DNA of 32,000 nucleotides, taken from assembly GCF_003231495.1 (NCBI RefSeq), contig NZ_PQWO01000007.1:120001-152000 (forward strand), given 5' to 3'. This DNA comes from Acaryochloris thomasi RCC1774. GTDB lineage: Bacteria; Cyanobacteriota; Cyanobacteriia; Thermosynechococcales; Thermosynechococcaceae. Every line of letters starts with the position of its first letter. Position 1 is the first letter of the stretch. Made by a program: the position numbers and the translations under genes. Positions 15,946 through 25,559 of this stretch are shown piece after piece. Below the pieces are notes generated by a model. That model searched no databases. It worked only from the letters and a program-made list of their open reading frames with translations, and was not told where the DNA came from.

Positions 15946-17556
15946 ATGTCTGCTTTTCCTTCGCATCATATTCCTCGCTGGCAGCAGCGCGTTCAATCTC
16001 GGAAAACACGACTGCAGCAGTTTGTGGTCACGGCTCAGCAGATGCAGGCGATTGAGTCTCGCATTTTTGCCTCCGGGATGCCCGTTGCCGCGCTGATGGA
16101 AAAAGTAGGAGGGCTGATTGCACGTCGTATTCAGGCTCTTTATCCTTGCGATGACCGACGGTCGGTGGTCGGCCATCGCATCTCTCAGATTGGCGTTCTC
16201 GTAGGGCCAGGACACAACGGGGGAGATGCCCTCGTCGTTGCCCGTGAACTTTTTTCCCGGGGATATCGCGTCAATGTTTTTCGCCCCCTCACAAAGGCGA
16301 AATCTCTAACCCAAGATCATTTTCAATATCTTCAGAGTTTGGGGATTCCCGTTCTAGAGAACGGTCTTGCGCTTGCTAACCAAGATGTAATTGTCGATGG
16401 ACTGTTTGGGTTTGGCTTGGAACGACCTATTGAAGGCGAACTCAAAACGCTCCTAGATCACATCAATTCTGTATCAGTGCCGGTGGTCAGTATCGACATT
16501 CCCTCTGGACTCCACTGCGATACGGGGCAGGTTCTTGGCACGGCTATTCAGGCAACCCATACGTTGTGCCTCGGTCTCTGGAAATCAGGACTGCTGCAGG
16601 ATTCGGCCTTAGACTATGTGGGACAGGCTTCGCTGATTGACTTTGATATTCCCTTGAAAGACATTGAGGCAGTCCTAGGGACGCCTGATATGCTGCGGAT
16701 CACCTCACAGTCTGCTCTGTCGCAGCTTCCGCTAAAACGTCCCCCGGATACTCACAAATATCGACAAGGTCATGCACTCCTGATCGGCGGATCGCAGCGC
16801 TACGCCGGCAGTATTGTTTTAGTGGCTCGTGGCGCGAGGGCTACAGGAGTGGGCATGCTTTCCATTGCGGTGCCCCAATCTTTGAAGTCGTGGGTTGTCT
16901 CGCAAGTGCCTGAAGCCCTCGTGATCGGCTGCCCAGAAACCGACGCTGGTGCTATTTCCCATCTTCCTGCAGAACTATTGTTGGAACAGTTTGATGCTGT
17001 TGCCTATGGCCCTGGTGTCACCACTGAAGCTTCTATTGTGCTGCAGCAAGTGCTAGAAAGCCAATGTCCACTGGTGTTAGATGCCGATGCGTTGAGTCTA
17101 CTCGCCCAAGCGGAGTCAACCTGGCACCATCGATCGGTTCCCATCATTTTGACGCCTCACCCAGGAGAATTTAGGCGATTATTCCCTGACTTTGCCCAGG
17201 CTTCACTCACTAAAGCTGAGATGGCCCGACGGGCTGCTCAAGAAGTAGGGGCAATTGTCCTTTTGAAAGGGGCAAGAACCGTCATCGCTGACTTGGACGG
17301 GAGCGTACTCGTCAATCCTGAAAGTACGCCAGCTTTGGCCCGTGGCGGTAGTGGAGATGTGTTGACGGGATTGATTGGCGGTCTATTTGCTCAAACACAG
17401 AAATCAGAGGCTGTTGGGGCGGCTGTTTGGTGGCACGCTCAGGCTGGACGGTTCGTGGCTCAAGCGGCGACGGAAATGGGAGTTGATCCGATGACTTTAA
17501 GTGAGCAACTGTTACCTGCGCTCCAGTCTATTTTGCAGGCTGAAGCCAGTTCCTAA
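15946..17556 (+). CDS. nnr: Bifunctional NAD(P)H-hydrate repair enzyme Nnr (YjeF epimerase/dehydratase)
   Basis: YjeF_N region: [15 protein letters not shown]...[11 protein letters not shown]. YjeF_C region: [30 protein letters not shown] and GGSGDVLTG. The ORF-track start at 15901 lies inside the psaJ terminator stem, so I moved the start to the next ATG. The exact start remains uncertain. Confidence 0.85.
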   Translation: MSAFPSHHIPRWQQRVQSRKTRLQQFVVTAQQMQAIESRIFASGMPVAALMEKVGGLIARRIQALYPCDDRRSVVGHRISQIGVLVGPGHNGGDALVVARELFSRGYRVNVFRPLTKAKSLTQDHFQYLQSLGIPVLENGLALANQDVIVDGLFGFGLERPIEGELKTLLDHINSVSVPVVSIDIPSGLHCDTGQVLGTAIQATHTLCLGLWKSGLLQDSALDYVGQASLIDFDIPLKDIEAVLGTPDMLRITSQSALSQLPLKRPPDTHKYRQGHALLIGGSQRYAGSIVLVARGARATGVGMLSIAVPQSLKSWVVSQVPEALVIGCPETDAGAISHLPAELLLEQFDAVAYGPGVTTEASIVLQQVLESQCPLVLDADALSLLAQAESTWHHRSVPIILTPHPGEFRRLFPDFAQASLTKAEMARRAAQEVGAIVLLKGARTVIADLDGSVLVNPESTPALARGGSGDVLTGLIGGLFAQTQKSEAVGAAVWWHAQAGRFVAQAATEMGVDPMTLSEQLLPALQSILQAEASS

Positions 17557-18640
17557 AGTCTTGGGCAAAGGTGCCTTGAATGATGGCCTGCCGGATTTTT
17601 TGGGTAAAGCCCACCAGCTCTGTGATGTTGTGGATGCTGAGTAAGGTATAGGCGAGGAGTTCGCGTGATCGTAATAGGTGGCTCAGATAGGCCCGCGTAA
17701 ATGTCTGACAAGCGTAGCAGGGGCAGTCAGAGTCAAGGGGCGTAAAGTCTTTCCGGAAACGATTATTTTTGAGGTTCCATCGTTCGCCCCGCACCAGCGC
17801 ATTGCCGTGGCGGGCGAGTCGCGTGGGGATCACGCAGTCAAAGAGATCAATACCGGCTGCAATCGCCTGCGCCATCTCTCGATAGGTGCCCACACCCATG
17901 AGATATCTGGGCTTATCTTTGGGCAGCAAAGGGGTGGTGGCTTGAACAATCTTTTCAATGAGTTCGGGGGGTTCCCCAACGCTGACGCCGCCGATGGCAT
18001 ATCCTGGCAGGTCAAACTCAACCAGAGATCGTGCAGACTTTTGGCGCAGATCGAGGTAGGTTCCCCCTTGGACAATCCCAAACAGGGCTTGGTCGGCGCG
18101 TTCATGGGCTTTTATACATCGTTCTAGCCAGCGGGTGGTTCGGTCTGCTGCGTTTTCGATGGCTTCACGGCTGGCGGGATAGGGTGCGCATTCGTCAAAG
18201 GCCATGATCACGTCTGCGCCCAAAGCATTTTGAATTGCGATCGCACGTTCCGGTGACAGATGAATGACCTGCCCATCTCGCGGAGAGCGAAAGCTGACGC
18301 CAGATTCTTCAATGGAGCGCATGTCGCTGAGGCTAAAGACCTGGAAGCCGCCTGAGTCTGTCAGAATTGGCCCTGACCAGCCCATGAAGCGGTGGAGTCC
18401 CCCGGCTCGTTCAACAATGCCTTCTCCAGGCTGTAGGTGTAGATGATAGGTATTTGCCAAGATCATCTGGGCTCCCGTGCCCTGAAGCTGATCGGGAGTG
18501 ACCGTTTTCACATTTGCTAAAGTCCCGACCGGCATAAAACGAGGGGTCTCGACGGGGCCGTGGGGAGTCTGAAAGGTGCCGACCCTAGCGTGAGTGTCGC
18601 AGCAGGTTTGATGGCAGGTGAAAGGGAAGCGATGATTCAC
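17528..18640 (-). CDS. tgt: Queuine tRNA-ribosyltransferase
   Basis: 370 aa. [38 protein letters not shown]-like [10 protein letters not shown], and the zinc site CPCYAC..H. Confidence 0.95.
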   Translation of the reverse strand: MNHRFPFTCHQTCCDTHARVGTFQTPHGPVETPRFMPVGTLANVKTVTPDQLQGTGAQMILANTYHLHLQPGEGIVERAGGLHRFMGWSGPILTDSGGFQVFSLSDMRSIEESGVSFRSPRDGQVIHLSPERAIAIQNALGADVIMAFDECAPYPASREAIENAADRTTRWLERCIKAHERADQALFGIVQGGTYLDLRQKSARSLVEFDLPGYAIGGVSVGEPPELIEKIVQATTPLLPKDKPRYLMGVGTYREMAQAIAAGIDLFDCVIPTRLARHGNALVRGERWNLKNNRFRKDFTPLDSDCPCYACQTFTRAYLSHLLRSRELLAYTLLSIHNITELVGFTQKIRQAIIQGTFAQDFRNWLQPAK

Positions 18641-18926
18641 AATTGGAGGCCGATGGCAGACATGATAGCCATCATACGTACTGATCTCGTTCTCTTCACA
18701 GAATTAATGTTCTTTAGCACCCAAAAATGCTTTAAATCTGGTGTTGCCTGTTCCTTGCTAGATCTGGGGGCTGCTGTAGCGCTATCGATGGCAGAAAGCT
18801 TACGTGTAAATGCGGAAGCTTTGCGATCTCACCTGTCGAAAGTTCAGTAATTTAACGATGTTGTGGCTTGAGCCGTCCCCCCATAATGATTTCTCATAGG
18901 GCGTTATCAACATTCGGCAAAACAAC

Positions 18927-19724
18927 ATGGCTTACCAAACTACTCTTCAGTCTCAATCGATGGAGCTTCTGGTCTCTTACCAGCAAGAGCCTTCCGTTCG
19001 TCTCAGAAATCGACTGGTTCGCCTCAACATGGGCCTGGTTCGCAAAGTCGCTCACCGTTTAGCCAACCAATGTGCTGAGCCTTATGAAGATTTAGAGCAG
19101 TGCGGCTACATGGGTTTGATTACCGCCATTGAGCGTTTTGACCCCACCCAAGGCTATGCCTTCAGTTCCTTCGCCGTTCCCTACATTCGCGGTGAAATTC
19201 TTCACTTCTTGAGAGACCGCGCCAATACTGTTCGTGTCCCCCGTCGCTGGCAACAGCTCAGCCGTGAGGGCGCTAAGGTTCGCCAAGCTCTCACCATGGA
19301 GTTGGGGCGTCAGCCCAGTGACCAAGAGATTGCGGATGCTCTAGACCTCTCAATGAATGAGTGGCGCTCTGTGAAGCTTGCTGCTTCTAACCGTACCCCT
19401 TTGAGCCTGAATGCTCGGGTTTCTTCTAGTAATCATCAGCAGTCTGAGTCAGCGATGACGTTGGGTGATACGTTAACCGATACGCACTATCAGATATTAC
19501 AAGTCAATGAAGAGGACCGCATTGAGCTACAGCATGCCCTCAACCAGCTTGAAGATAAGACTCGCGAGATGATTGAGTCAGTCTTCTTTCATCATCTCTC
19601 TCGCCAGGAAGTGGCCAAGCGGATTGGCGTCAGCCCCGTCACAGTCACTCGCCGCATTAAGAAAGGAATTGATGAGCTAGTGGAGCTGCTTCAGAATCAG
19701 GCTCAGGCCCAAGCAACTGTATAG
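18927..19724 (+). CDS. sigF: Group 3 sigma-70 family factor (SigF-like)
   Basis: 265 aa. Region 2 is RNRLVRLNMGLVRKVAHR...GLITAIERFDP..GYAFSSFAVPYIRGEILHFLRD. The region 4 HTH is LSRQEVAKRIGVSPVTVTRRIKKG. It has no region 1.1. Assignment to SigF rather than another group-3 paralogue is tentative. Confidence 0.75.
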   Translation: MAYQTTLQSQSMELLVSYQQEPSVRLRNRLVRLNMGLVRKVAHRLANQCAEPYEDLEQCGYMGLITAIERFDPTQGYAFSSFAVPYIRGEILHFLRDRANTVRVPRRWQQLSREGAKVRQALTMELGRQPSDQEIADALDLSMNEWRSVKLAASNRTPLSLNARVSSSNHQQSESAMTLGDTLTDTHYQILQVNEEDRIELQHALNQLEDKTREMIESVFFHHLSRQEVAKRIGVSPVTVTRRIKKGIDELVELLQNQAQAQATV

Positions 19725-19748
19725 TCCAATCTCTCTAGCGTCTTATTT

Positions 19749-19786
19749 GCCCCATACAGAACGCTTCAAGCTGTCCTGTATGGGGC
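19749..19786 (+). terminator. Hairpin terminator after the sigma factor gene
   Basis: GCCCCATACAG-N16-CTGTATGGGGC (11-bp stem), 25 nt after the stop. The downstream tract ATTACTGTTCTTC is only moderately U-rich. Confidence 0.5.
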
Positions 19787-20054
19787 ATTACTGTTCTTCT
19801 AGCTTAAAGAATACTAGCTGGAGAAAGCGGAGCGAATTTTTGACACAGACAAGGACTCGCTCGTCCTGCTTCTTCCTCAGGCTATATTAGACGTATAAAC
19901 CCCGCCGTATTCCATTGCGATGCCACGAATACTGCCCGATTATTGAGCAGTATGTCGTTCAACACCGTTAGTCTACAGCGAGGCTCTCATGACTTAAAGA
20001 GAATCGGTTGTTGAGGTGCCGACTCTCTCTACCTTGTTCGGATGAATTATACGA

Positions 20055-20258
20055 TTACTGGGTAGTTACATTCTTGGCACATGGTCCTTTCTTGCCCTCT
20101 CCGACCTCATACTCTACTTTCTGACCTTCATTAAGCGTTGCATAGCCTGTGACGTTGACATCAGAGTGGTGCACGAACAGATCCTTGCCTCCATCATCTG
20201 GAGTAATAAAACCGAAACCTTTATCAGAACTGAACCACTTTACTGTACCCGTACTCAT
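20055..20258 (-). CDS. Cold-shock domain protein (CspA family)
   Basis: I prefer the internal start giving 67 aa: [34 protein letters not shown]. It has RNP1 KGFGFI and RNP2 VFVHH-like LFVHH. The ORF-track start at 20288 would add 10 residues. Confidence 0.85.
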   Translation of the reverse strand: MSTGTVKWFSSDKGFGFITPDDGGKDLFVHHSDVNVTGYATLNEGQKVEYEVGEGKKGPCAKNVTTQ

Positions 20259-20589
20259 ACCGTACTTCTCTTTGTGTTTGATCTTCACAATATTATCGCA
20301 GTATTCTGTTTTTCTGAAGTTTCTAAAGTTTTTCCCTGATTACGTAAAGAAGAATTTAAGCAGCTCTTCAAGATTTAGGGGACTCGTAATAGGCGTGTAA
20401 CCTGCCTGTGCCTTGGGTTCAGTGCAGACGAGAGGTCATGATTAGGAAATCTGCGGGTCATGAGCATGGTGCTGCAGTTGATGCTCAAATTAGAGTCACA
20501 TGGGCGAATATGATTGCTGTCTTTTGGGTCTTCTGTCAGCATGATCACTGAAGTCCTATCATCTGTTGACCCCATCAGGCAAAAGCTGC

Positions 20590-23328
20590 ATGGAAGTTCT
20601 CTCTATTACGCTGAAAAACTTCAAAGCTCACCGCGATCGCTTCTATGAATTTTGCCCTGGTACTAATGCCATCTGTGGCGAAAACGGTGCGGGTAAAACC
20701 AGTATCTTCGAGGCGATTGCCTGGGTTCTCTTCGACCACTGTGACTATACCAAGACAGAAATTATTTCTGCTGGTGCTAAGAGTGCTCAGGTTACGGTTA
20801 CTTTCTCCTCTACAGAAGACAGTCGCGTCTATGAGGTTCGACGCTGTACGAGTCAAGGCTATAGCCTCCATGATCCACAGCTCAACGCAAATCTGGGGCT
20901 TAAGAAAATTGAGGATGTTAAACAATGGCTGTGTGAGCATCTAGGGGTGCCGCCCACCACCGAGCTTAATAAGTTATTCGCTGAGACCATTGGTATTCCT
21001 CAGGGGACGTTTACGGTCGATTTTTTGAAGCGACCCGCAGATCGCAAGAAGGTCTTCGACCCCATTCTGAAGGTGGAGGAGTATAAGCAGGCTTATTCTA
21101 AAAGTCGTGATTTAGAAGCCTATGCCCAAGGACAGGTCAGGGATCTAGAACGTGCGATCGCAACCTATGATCAGCAGCTCATCGACTGGCCTGATCTCAA
21201 GGCACAAGCGGCGAAGCTACGGAAAGATATTCGTGCAGATCAGGCTCAAATGACACTGCTGGTTCAGCAGCTAGAACAGCAAAAATCTGAGGTCGAGCGG
21301 TTAGCAGCTATTGATCAAGCTCTGCAGGCTTTGGGAACGCAGGTTCAGCAGTGTCAGGCTCAGACACACCACAAACAAGAATCGCTAGAGCTACTGGAGG
21401 TATCTTGGGTCAGTGCCCAAAAAGCGGTCACTCTGTGTCGCCAGCATCGTCCCAGCTTTCAAGCTTATGAGCAAGCATTGGAATCACTTCACACCTTTGC
21501 AGCTCAGCGACAGCAGCAGCAGCAGTTGCTAAAGCAACGCGATCAGATCCAGCAAAAGCTTAGTAAACAGCAGATAGACCAGTCACAGCTCCAGGGACAG
21601 CTCGCTTCTTTTGATCAAATGCGACTAGATTTGGAGCAGTGGCGGAAGCACATTCCCCGACAGGAACAGCTAGAACAGTCTCAGGCCGATGGTCGCCAAC
21701 AGCTTCAGCAGCTTGAGAATGCCAAACTTCAGATTCAAATGCTCCAGCCTCAAATTCAACAGCGTCAGGCGCACCAAGAACAGCTGGCTCAGGAGATTGC
21801 TCGTTTGCACCAGCTAGAGCCTCAGGTACAACAGCTCCCAATTCTAGAAGCTCAGCAACAGGATTTGCGGGCGCACATTAGCCGGGTGGAGGCCGCTAAA
21901 CAATTTGCAGAAGAACTCCGGCAGCTTGTGGGGCAGTTTGAGCCAGACTGCGATCGCCACCGTCAGCAGGTCAACGATGCCTTAACGCTTTTGAAGAAGG
22001 GGGCCGATCTGGGGCCTGTCTCCGAGGCCTTGGAAGCGGGTGTTGCATTAACATCTCGCATGGTGGAGCAGCTCACGCAAACCCTAACGGATTTAAGCGA
22101 TCCGAAGGCTGTGCAGAAGTCGCAAACCCAGCTTGAGCAGATCCAGCGCGATATTCAAGCCGCGCAGCAGGCTCAAGCACAGTGGTCATCTCTGACAGCT
22201 AAACAGCAGCAGCTTCAAGAGTCAAAGAAAGAAACGGCTGAACTCCAGCAGCAGTCGGCTGAACGACGGACTCAGCTTGAACAGGAATCTGTTGTAATGA
22301 CAGCTTTGGCGAAGGTCGAGTCGCAGCTCACAGATCTCAAAAATCCCAAAGGGCAGGTGCAGGTTTTACAGCAGCAGCTTCAGCAGGAGGCACCGCTCCA
22401 GGCAAAGGTGAAACAGCTTGAGCACAACGGTCAAGAGCTGCAGCACCGCTTTGCCGATGTCGAACAAAAACTTGAGGGCTTTGCAGATTTAGAGGCACAG
22501 ACAGAAGCACAGCAACAGATTCAGCAAGAAAATCATGAGGTTCATCAGGTTTATCTGCGGCACCGGAATGAGGCCAATACGTTTAAGACGTTGGATCAGT
22601 CGAAGGGGGATGCGATCGCAACCCTCAAAACCCTTCAAGATCAGCTCACAACCCTACAGGAGCAGTACCAAAATCAATCCCAGGGCCATGATCCTCAGCA
22701 ATTGGCCCAAGCCACCGCCACCTATCAGCAAACCAAAAGCCAACAGGACCAGCTTCAAGGCGGTTTACCCCCCAAGCAAGCTCAACTTCAGTCCCTTGAG
22801 CAGCAGCTTCAAATCAGGCAAGCCGTCTTTGAGCAGCGCCAGCAGGCCCGTAAGGATCAAGGTCCTAAACAAGAAGTGCTGCAGCTCGTCCGTGAAGCCC
22901 GCCGTATCTATAACCAAAGCGGTCCTCGGATCACCAAGCTCTACCTAACCGAGATCTCCTGGGAAGCTGATAATCTCTTCCGAGAATTGCTGAATCGACC
23001 GGATGTTGCTCTGCGGTGGACCGAAGACTACGACATTCAGGTCCAGGCCCAGGGACATTGGCGCAGCTTCAGGAGCCTCTCCGGCGGTGAGCAAATGTGT
23101 GCCGCCCTCGCCGTTCGGCTAGCGCTCCTCAAAGTTCTCTCTGACATCAACGTTGCCTTTTTTGACGAACCCACCACCAACATGGATCAGATCCGTCGTC
23201 AGCAGCTTGCCGAAGCCCTCGGGCATCTCAAAACGTTCCGGCAGCTCTTTGTGATTAGCCATGATGATACCTTCGAGAGCGTAACCGAAAATATCATTCG
23301 CGTTCAGCGTGACGCAGCCCCTGCCTAG
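20590..23328 (+). CDS. Rad50/SbcC/SMC-like ABC ATPase with a long glutamine-rich coiled coil
   Basis: The ORF-track TTG is at 20566; I prefer the ATG at 20590 (MEVLSITLKNFKAH). Walker A GENGAGKTS, Q-loop IGIPQGTF, a central coiled coil of about 590 aa, signature LSGGEQ, Walker B VAFFDEPTTNMD and H-loop VISHDD. Confidence 0.85.
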   Translation: MEVLSITLKNFKAHRDRFYEFCPGTNAICGENGAGKTSIFEAIAWVLFDHCDYTKTEIISAGAKSAQVTVTFSSTEDSRVYEVRRCTSQGYSLHDPQLNANLGLKKIEDVKQWLCEHLGVPPTTELNKLFAETIGIPQGTFTVDFLKRPADRKKVFDPILKVEEYKQAYSKSRDLEAYAQGQVRDLERAIATYDQQLIDWPDLKAQAAKLRKDIRADQAQMTLLVQQLEQQKSEVERLAAIDQALQALGTQVQQCQAQTHHKQESLELLEVSWVSAQKAVTLCRQHRPSFQAYEQALESLHTFAAQRQQQQQLLKQRDQIQQKLSKQQIDQSQLQGQLASFDQMRLDLEQWRKHIPRQEQLEQSQADGRQQLQQLENAKLQIQMLQPQIQQRQAHQEQLAQEIARLHQLEPQVQQLPILEAQQQDLRAHISRVEAAKQFAEELRQLVGQFEPDCDRHRQQVNDALTLLKKGADLGPVSEALEAGVALTSRMVEQLTQTLTDLSDPKAVQKSQTQLEQIQRDIQAAQQAQAQWSSLTAKQQQLQESKKETAELQQQSAERRTQLEQESVVMTALAKVESQLTDLKNPKGQVQVLQQQLQQEAPLQAKVKQLEHNGQELQHRFADVEQKLEGFADLEAQTEAQQQIQQENHEVHQVYLRHRNEANTFKTLDQSKGDAIATLKTLQDQLTTLQEQYQNQSQGHDPQQLAQATATYQQTKSQQDQLQGGLPPKQAQLQSLEQQLQIRQAVFEQRQQARKDQGPKQEVLQLVREARRIYNQSGPRITKLYLTEISWEADNLFRELLNRPDVALRWTEDYDIQVQAQGHWRSFRSLSGGEQMCAALAVRLALLKVLSDINVAFFDEPTTNMDQIRRQQLAEALGHLKTFRQLFVISHDDTFESVTENIIRVQRDAAPA

Positions 23329-23432
23329 CAGCCTGCTAGACAACAGCTTTGAAGACTTGATCCAAGATCGCGCAGCAAAAACGTGGGATTGTTCTTTGAT
23401 AAAATCAGCTCACCCCTAACCCGCTTTTATCT

Positions 23433-23600
23433 ATGAGTACTGCTCAGTGGACTGAAGATGCCAAGGTCGCATTAAAAGAGATTCCTTTCTTCGTCCGTCC
23501 AGCCGCCCGCAAGAAAATCGAGCGCTTCGCCGAAGAAGCCGGTATTACTGAAATCACCGTTGACGTCTATCAGCAAGCCAAGCAAAAATTCGATAGCTGA
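23433..23600 (+). CDS. Small PCP_red-like protein (resembles the C-terminal domain of the protochlorophyllide reductase ChlB subunit)
   Basis: A 55-aa ORF below the track cutoff: MSTAQWTEDAKVALKEIPFFVRPAARKKIERFAEEAGITEITVDVYQQAKQKFDS. The W.e.A...L..IPFFVR...r...E..A pattern is as I recall for this family. Confidence 0.55.
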   Translation: MSTAQWTEDAKVALKEIPFFVRPAARKKIERFAEEAGITEITVDVYQQAKQKFDS

Positions 23601-23884
23601 AACGCGGGAACTCCTCTGTTGCTCTCCTCGACAAAGAGACTATGCGTGCATTTCTGAAGGGATGCATCGAAGTGCGAGGAGATTTCTATGTCTGCTTTAT
23701 TGCAAAGACTTATGCTCATTGCCCATGCTGGGGGCGTGACAGCGTTGCTGTTGCTCTCGAATCCTGCTAGCGATCAGCGCTGGGGCCATGATCCTCTCTC
23801 CGAGACAGACTCTCTGGCAGAAATCATCACATCACCCGAGCTTCATGGCCGCTTACCCCAGGTCTAGTTATTTTTTGTGTGGCC

Positions 23885-25231
23885 CTACTCTGAAGTCTGT
23901 CCAGTTTGTTCACTGGCCTGACCCGCTGTCTGACGCTCAGCCCGCACCACGTCCTTAGCAGAAAAACCTTCTCCCTCTTTGCCAATAAACCACAGAGCTG
24001 CAGCGGCTTCGGCACGAGTGACCGCTTTCTGGGGCTGGAATAATAGGGCTGAACCGAGCAGGCGACGAATATTCGCCAGATCTCCGTTCTTATGATCGGC
24101 AAGGACTGCCGCCAGCGCCTCAGGCGCAATGCGACTAGAATCTTTGAATCCCCAAACCTGCTGTACCTTGGCTGCCGTCGTCGTTGGTAGAATTTGACGC
24201 AGATCCACCGGTACCTTCCAGGTGAGCAGCGTTTCGCGTGTCAGAGGTTGTTGAGGTTTAAACGCCGCCTCTTTACTGTCTCCCGTCAATTGACTGGGAA
24301 TGTAACCCGCTTCTGCCAGACCTTGAATATAGGGAAACAGCGGCTCGGATGCTGTGACATCGTTGAAAGCGGGTGTTGCTGCCGTCGTCGCGAGTCGAAT
24401 TTGCTGCGTTGGACGATCTCGGTAGAGACGGTTGTTCGATTCTACAAGCCAGCGGGCAAAGGTACCGCGAGTGATGCCCTGATTGGGTTCGAAAATTGCG
24501 CTAGGGTTGCCCGCATCGTCGTTGGGCGTTGCATTGGGCGTCAGCACCTCTAGCCGTGCCAAATCGCTAACGTAGGGACGCAGTTCTGCCGGAACTTGCT
24601 CGATATCAGCAAAAGAAGACGTTGCCGTTAGGGCCGGGCGGTTGTCCTGTGGTCCGACTTCAGTCTCTAGTTCTGGGGACGGTGATGAAGTTGTTGGGGC
24701 TTGCTCGGTTGCTTTTAACTGGGTATCAGATCCCTTCCGATAGTCCACCTGAAAGACTGTCAGAGGTTTACCGGGTGTAACGACAATAGGCGAAGTTCCT
24801 CCCGATTGAGTCTGACTCGTCTCAACCGTCACCTCCACCTGTAGCGTTTGTTTGCGGGCTGTGAGTGTGGTTTGCGATCGCGTTGATTTCTGATCCACAA
24901 GCTGCCAGTCTTCCCCTCGAAACAGCCGGCGATAAAATTGCTGAATTTCATCACTAGAGTCGGGTGTACCCCATCGGGTTTTCTGCAGGGGGGCTTGAAG
25001 GGTGCCTTGACTTGCCTGATTTTGCTCGGTGCTGACCGTCTGAAGCTGAGCCTTGGGGTAGCGTAGCTCTCGCGGAAACTCGGACGGTAGCTTTGCTGCA
25101 GCACTGCCCCATTGATTGGTATTGGGATCCGCTGAAAAAGCTTGCTCAATCGCCTTACCGCTGCAGCCCGTCAGAGACAGCAGTAGCATCAGCCCCATTG
25201 GGACCACAGAAAAATAGCGCCGGACAACCAT
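23885..25231 (-). CDS. Putative lipoprotein with three C-terminal S-layer-homology (SLH) domains
   Basis: 448 aa. Signal peptide plus lipobox LSLTGC (C23). SLH-like repeats start at FADIEQVP...ITRGTFARWLV, FNDVTASEPLFPYIQGLAEAGYI...LTRETLLTW and FKDSSRIAPEALAAV...VTRAEAAAALW. Confidence 0.8.
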   Translation of the reverse strand: MVVRRYFSVVPMGLMLLLSLTGCSGKAIEQAFSADPNTNQWGSAAAKLPSEFPRELRYPKAQLQTVSTEQNQASQGTLQAPLQKTRWGTPDSSDEIQQFYRRLFRGEDWQLVDQKSTRSQTTLTARKQTLQVEVTVETSQTQSGGTSPIVVTPGKPLTVFQVDYRKGSDTQLKATEQAPTTSSPSPELETEVGPQDNRPALTATSSFADIEQVPAELRPYVSDLARLEVLTPNATPNDDAGNPSAIFEPNQGITRGTFARWLVESNNRLYRDRPTQQIRLATTAATPAFNDVTASEPLFPYIQGLAEAGYIPSQLTGDSKEAAFKPQQPLTRETLLTWKVPVDLRQILPTTTAAKVQQVWGFKDSSRIAPEALAAVLADHKNGDLANIRRLLGSALLFQPQKAVTRAEAAAALWFIGKEGEGFSAKDVVRAERQTAGQASEQTGQTSE

Positions 25232-25559
25232 AGAAAATTCTAGAGGATTCAGTCTCCTCCACTGTAGCGTGTTGCTTTTACACCCATTTTTCTGTTTGTT
25301 CTAAGCGCTGTCCAGCTGTAAGGAATTCAAACCAATAGCACCCTCGAAATATTCATTTTTATGTGGACAGAGTGGGGGCACAGCCATAAATAAATTTTTT
25401 TTTGAGAATTCTAATTGACAGCTGGGATGTCTTTAAGCAGACTATTGGGTGTAGGGGGTACCTATGAAATATGCGTTAGGGTTACGTGCCGTTGTCTTGG
25501 GGTCGACGGAACTCACCGCTACACCTCAAATTAAATTAATAGATTTTGCCGTGAAAGGA

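Noticed and set aside
17528-17556. 29-nt convergent overlap of the nnr and tgt 3' ends.
   Set aside because: It is real in the sequence, but short convergent overlaps are common in compact genomes. I see no extra structure that suggests a special mechanism.
21511-21525. A (CAG)5 trinucleotide run as a potential phase-variation microsatellite.
   Set aside because: The unit length is 3, so slippage stays in frame and only changes the poly-Q length. Five units is too short to argue for programmed variation.
20590-23328. The SMC-like ATPase as part of an anti-phage or anti-plasmid system (Lamassu/Wadjet/Gabija-like), or as canonical SbcCD.
   Set aside because: No partner genes (nuclease, kleisin-like, LmuA/JetABC-type, SbcD) flank it. 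The neighbours are a csp gene and a tiny PCP_red-like ORF. It is reported only as an orphan.
23688-23867. 59-aa ORF (MSALLQRLMLIAHAGGVTALLLLSNPASDQRWGHDPLSE...) between the PCP_red-like gene and the SLH gene.
   Set aside because: It has one hydrophobic segment but no RBS and no recognisable family. A competing 42-aa ORF overlaps it in another frame. The support is insufficient to call a gene.
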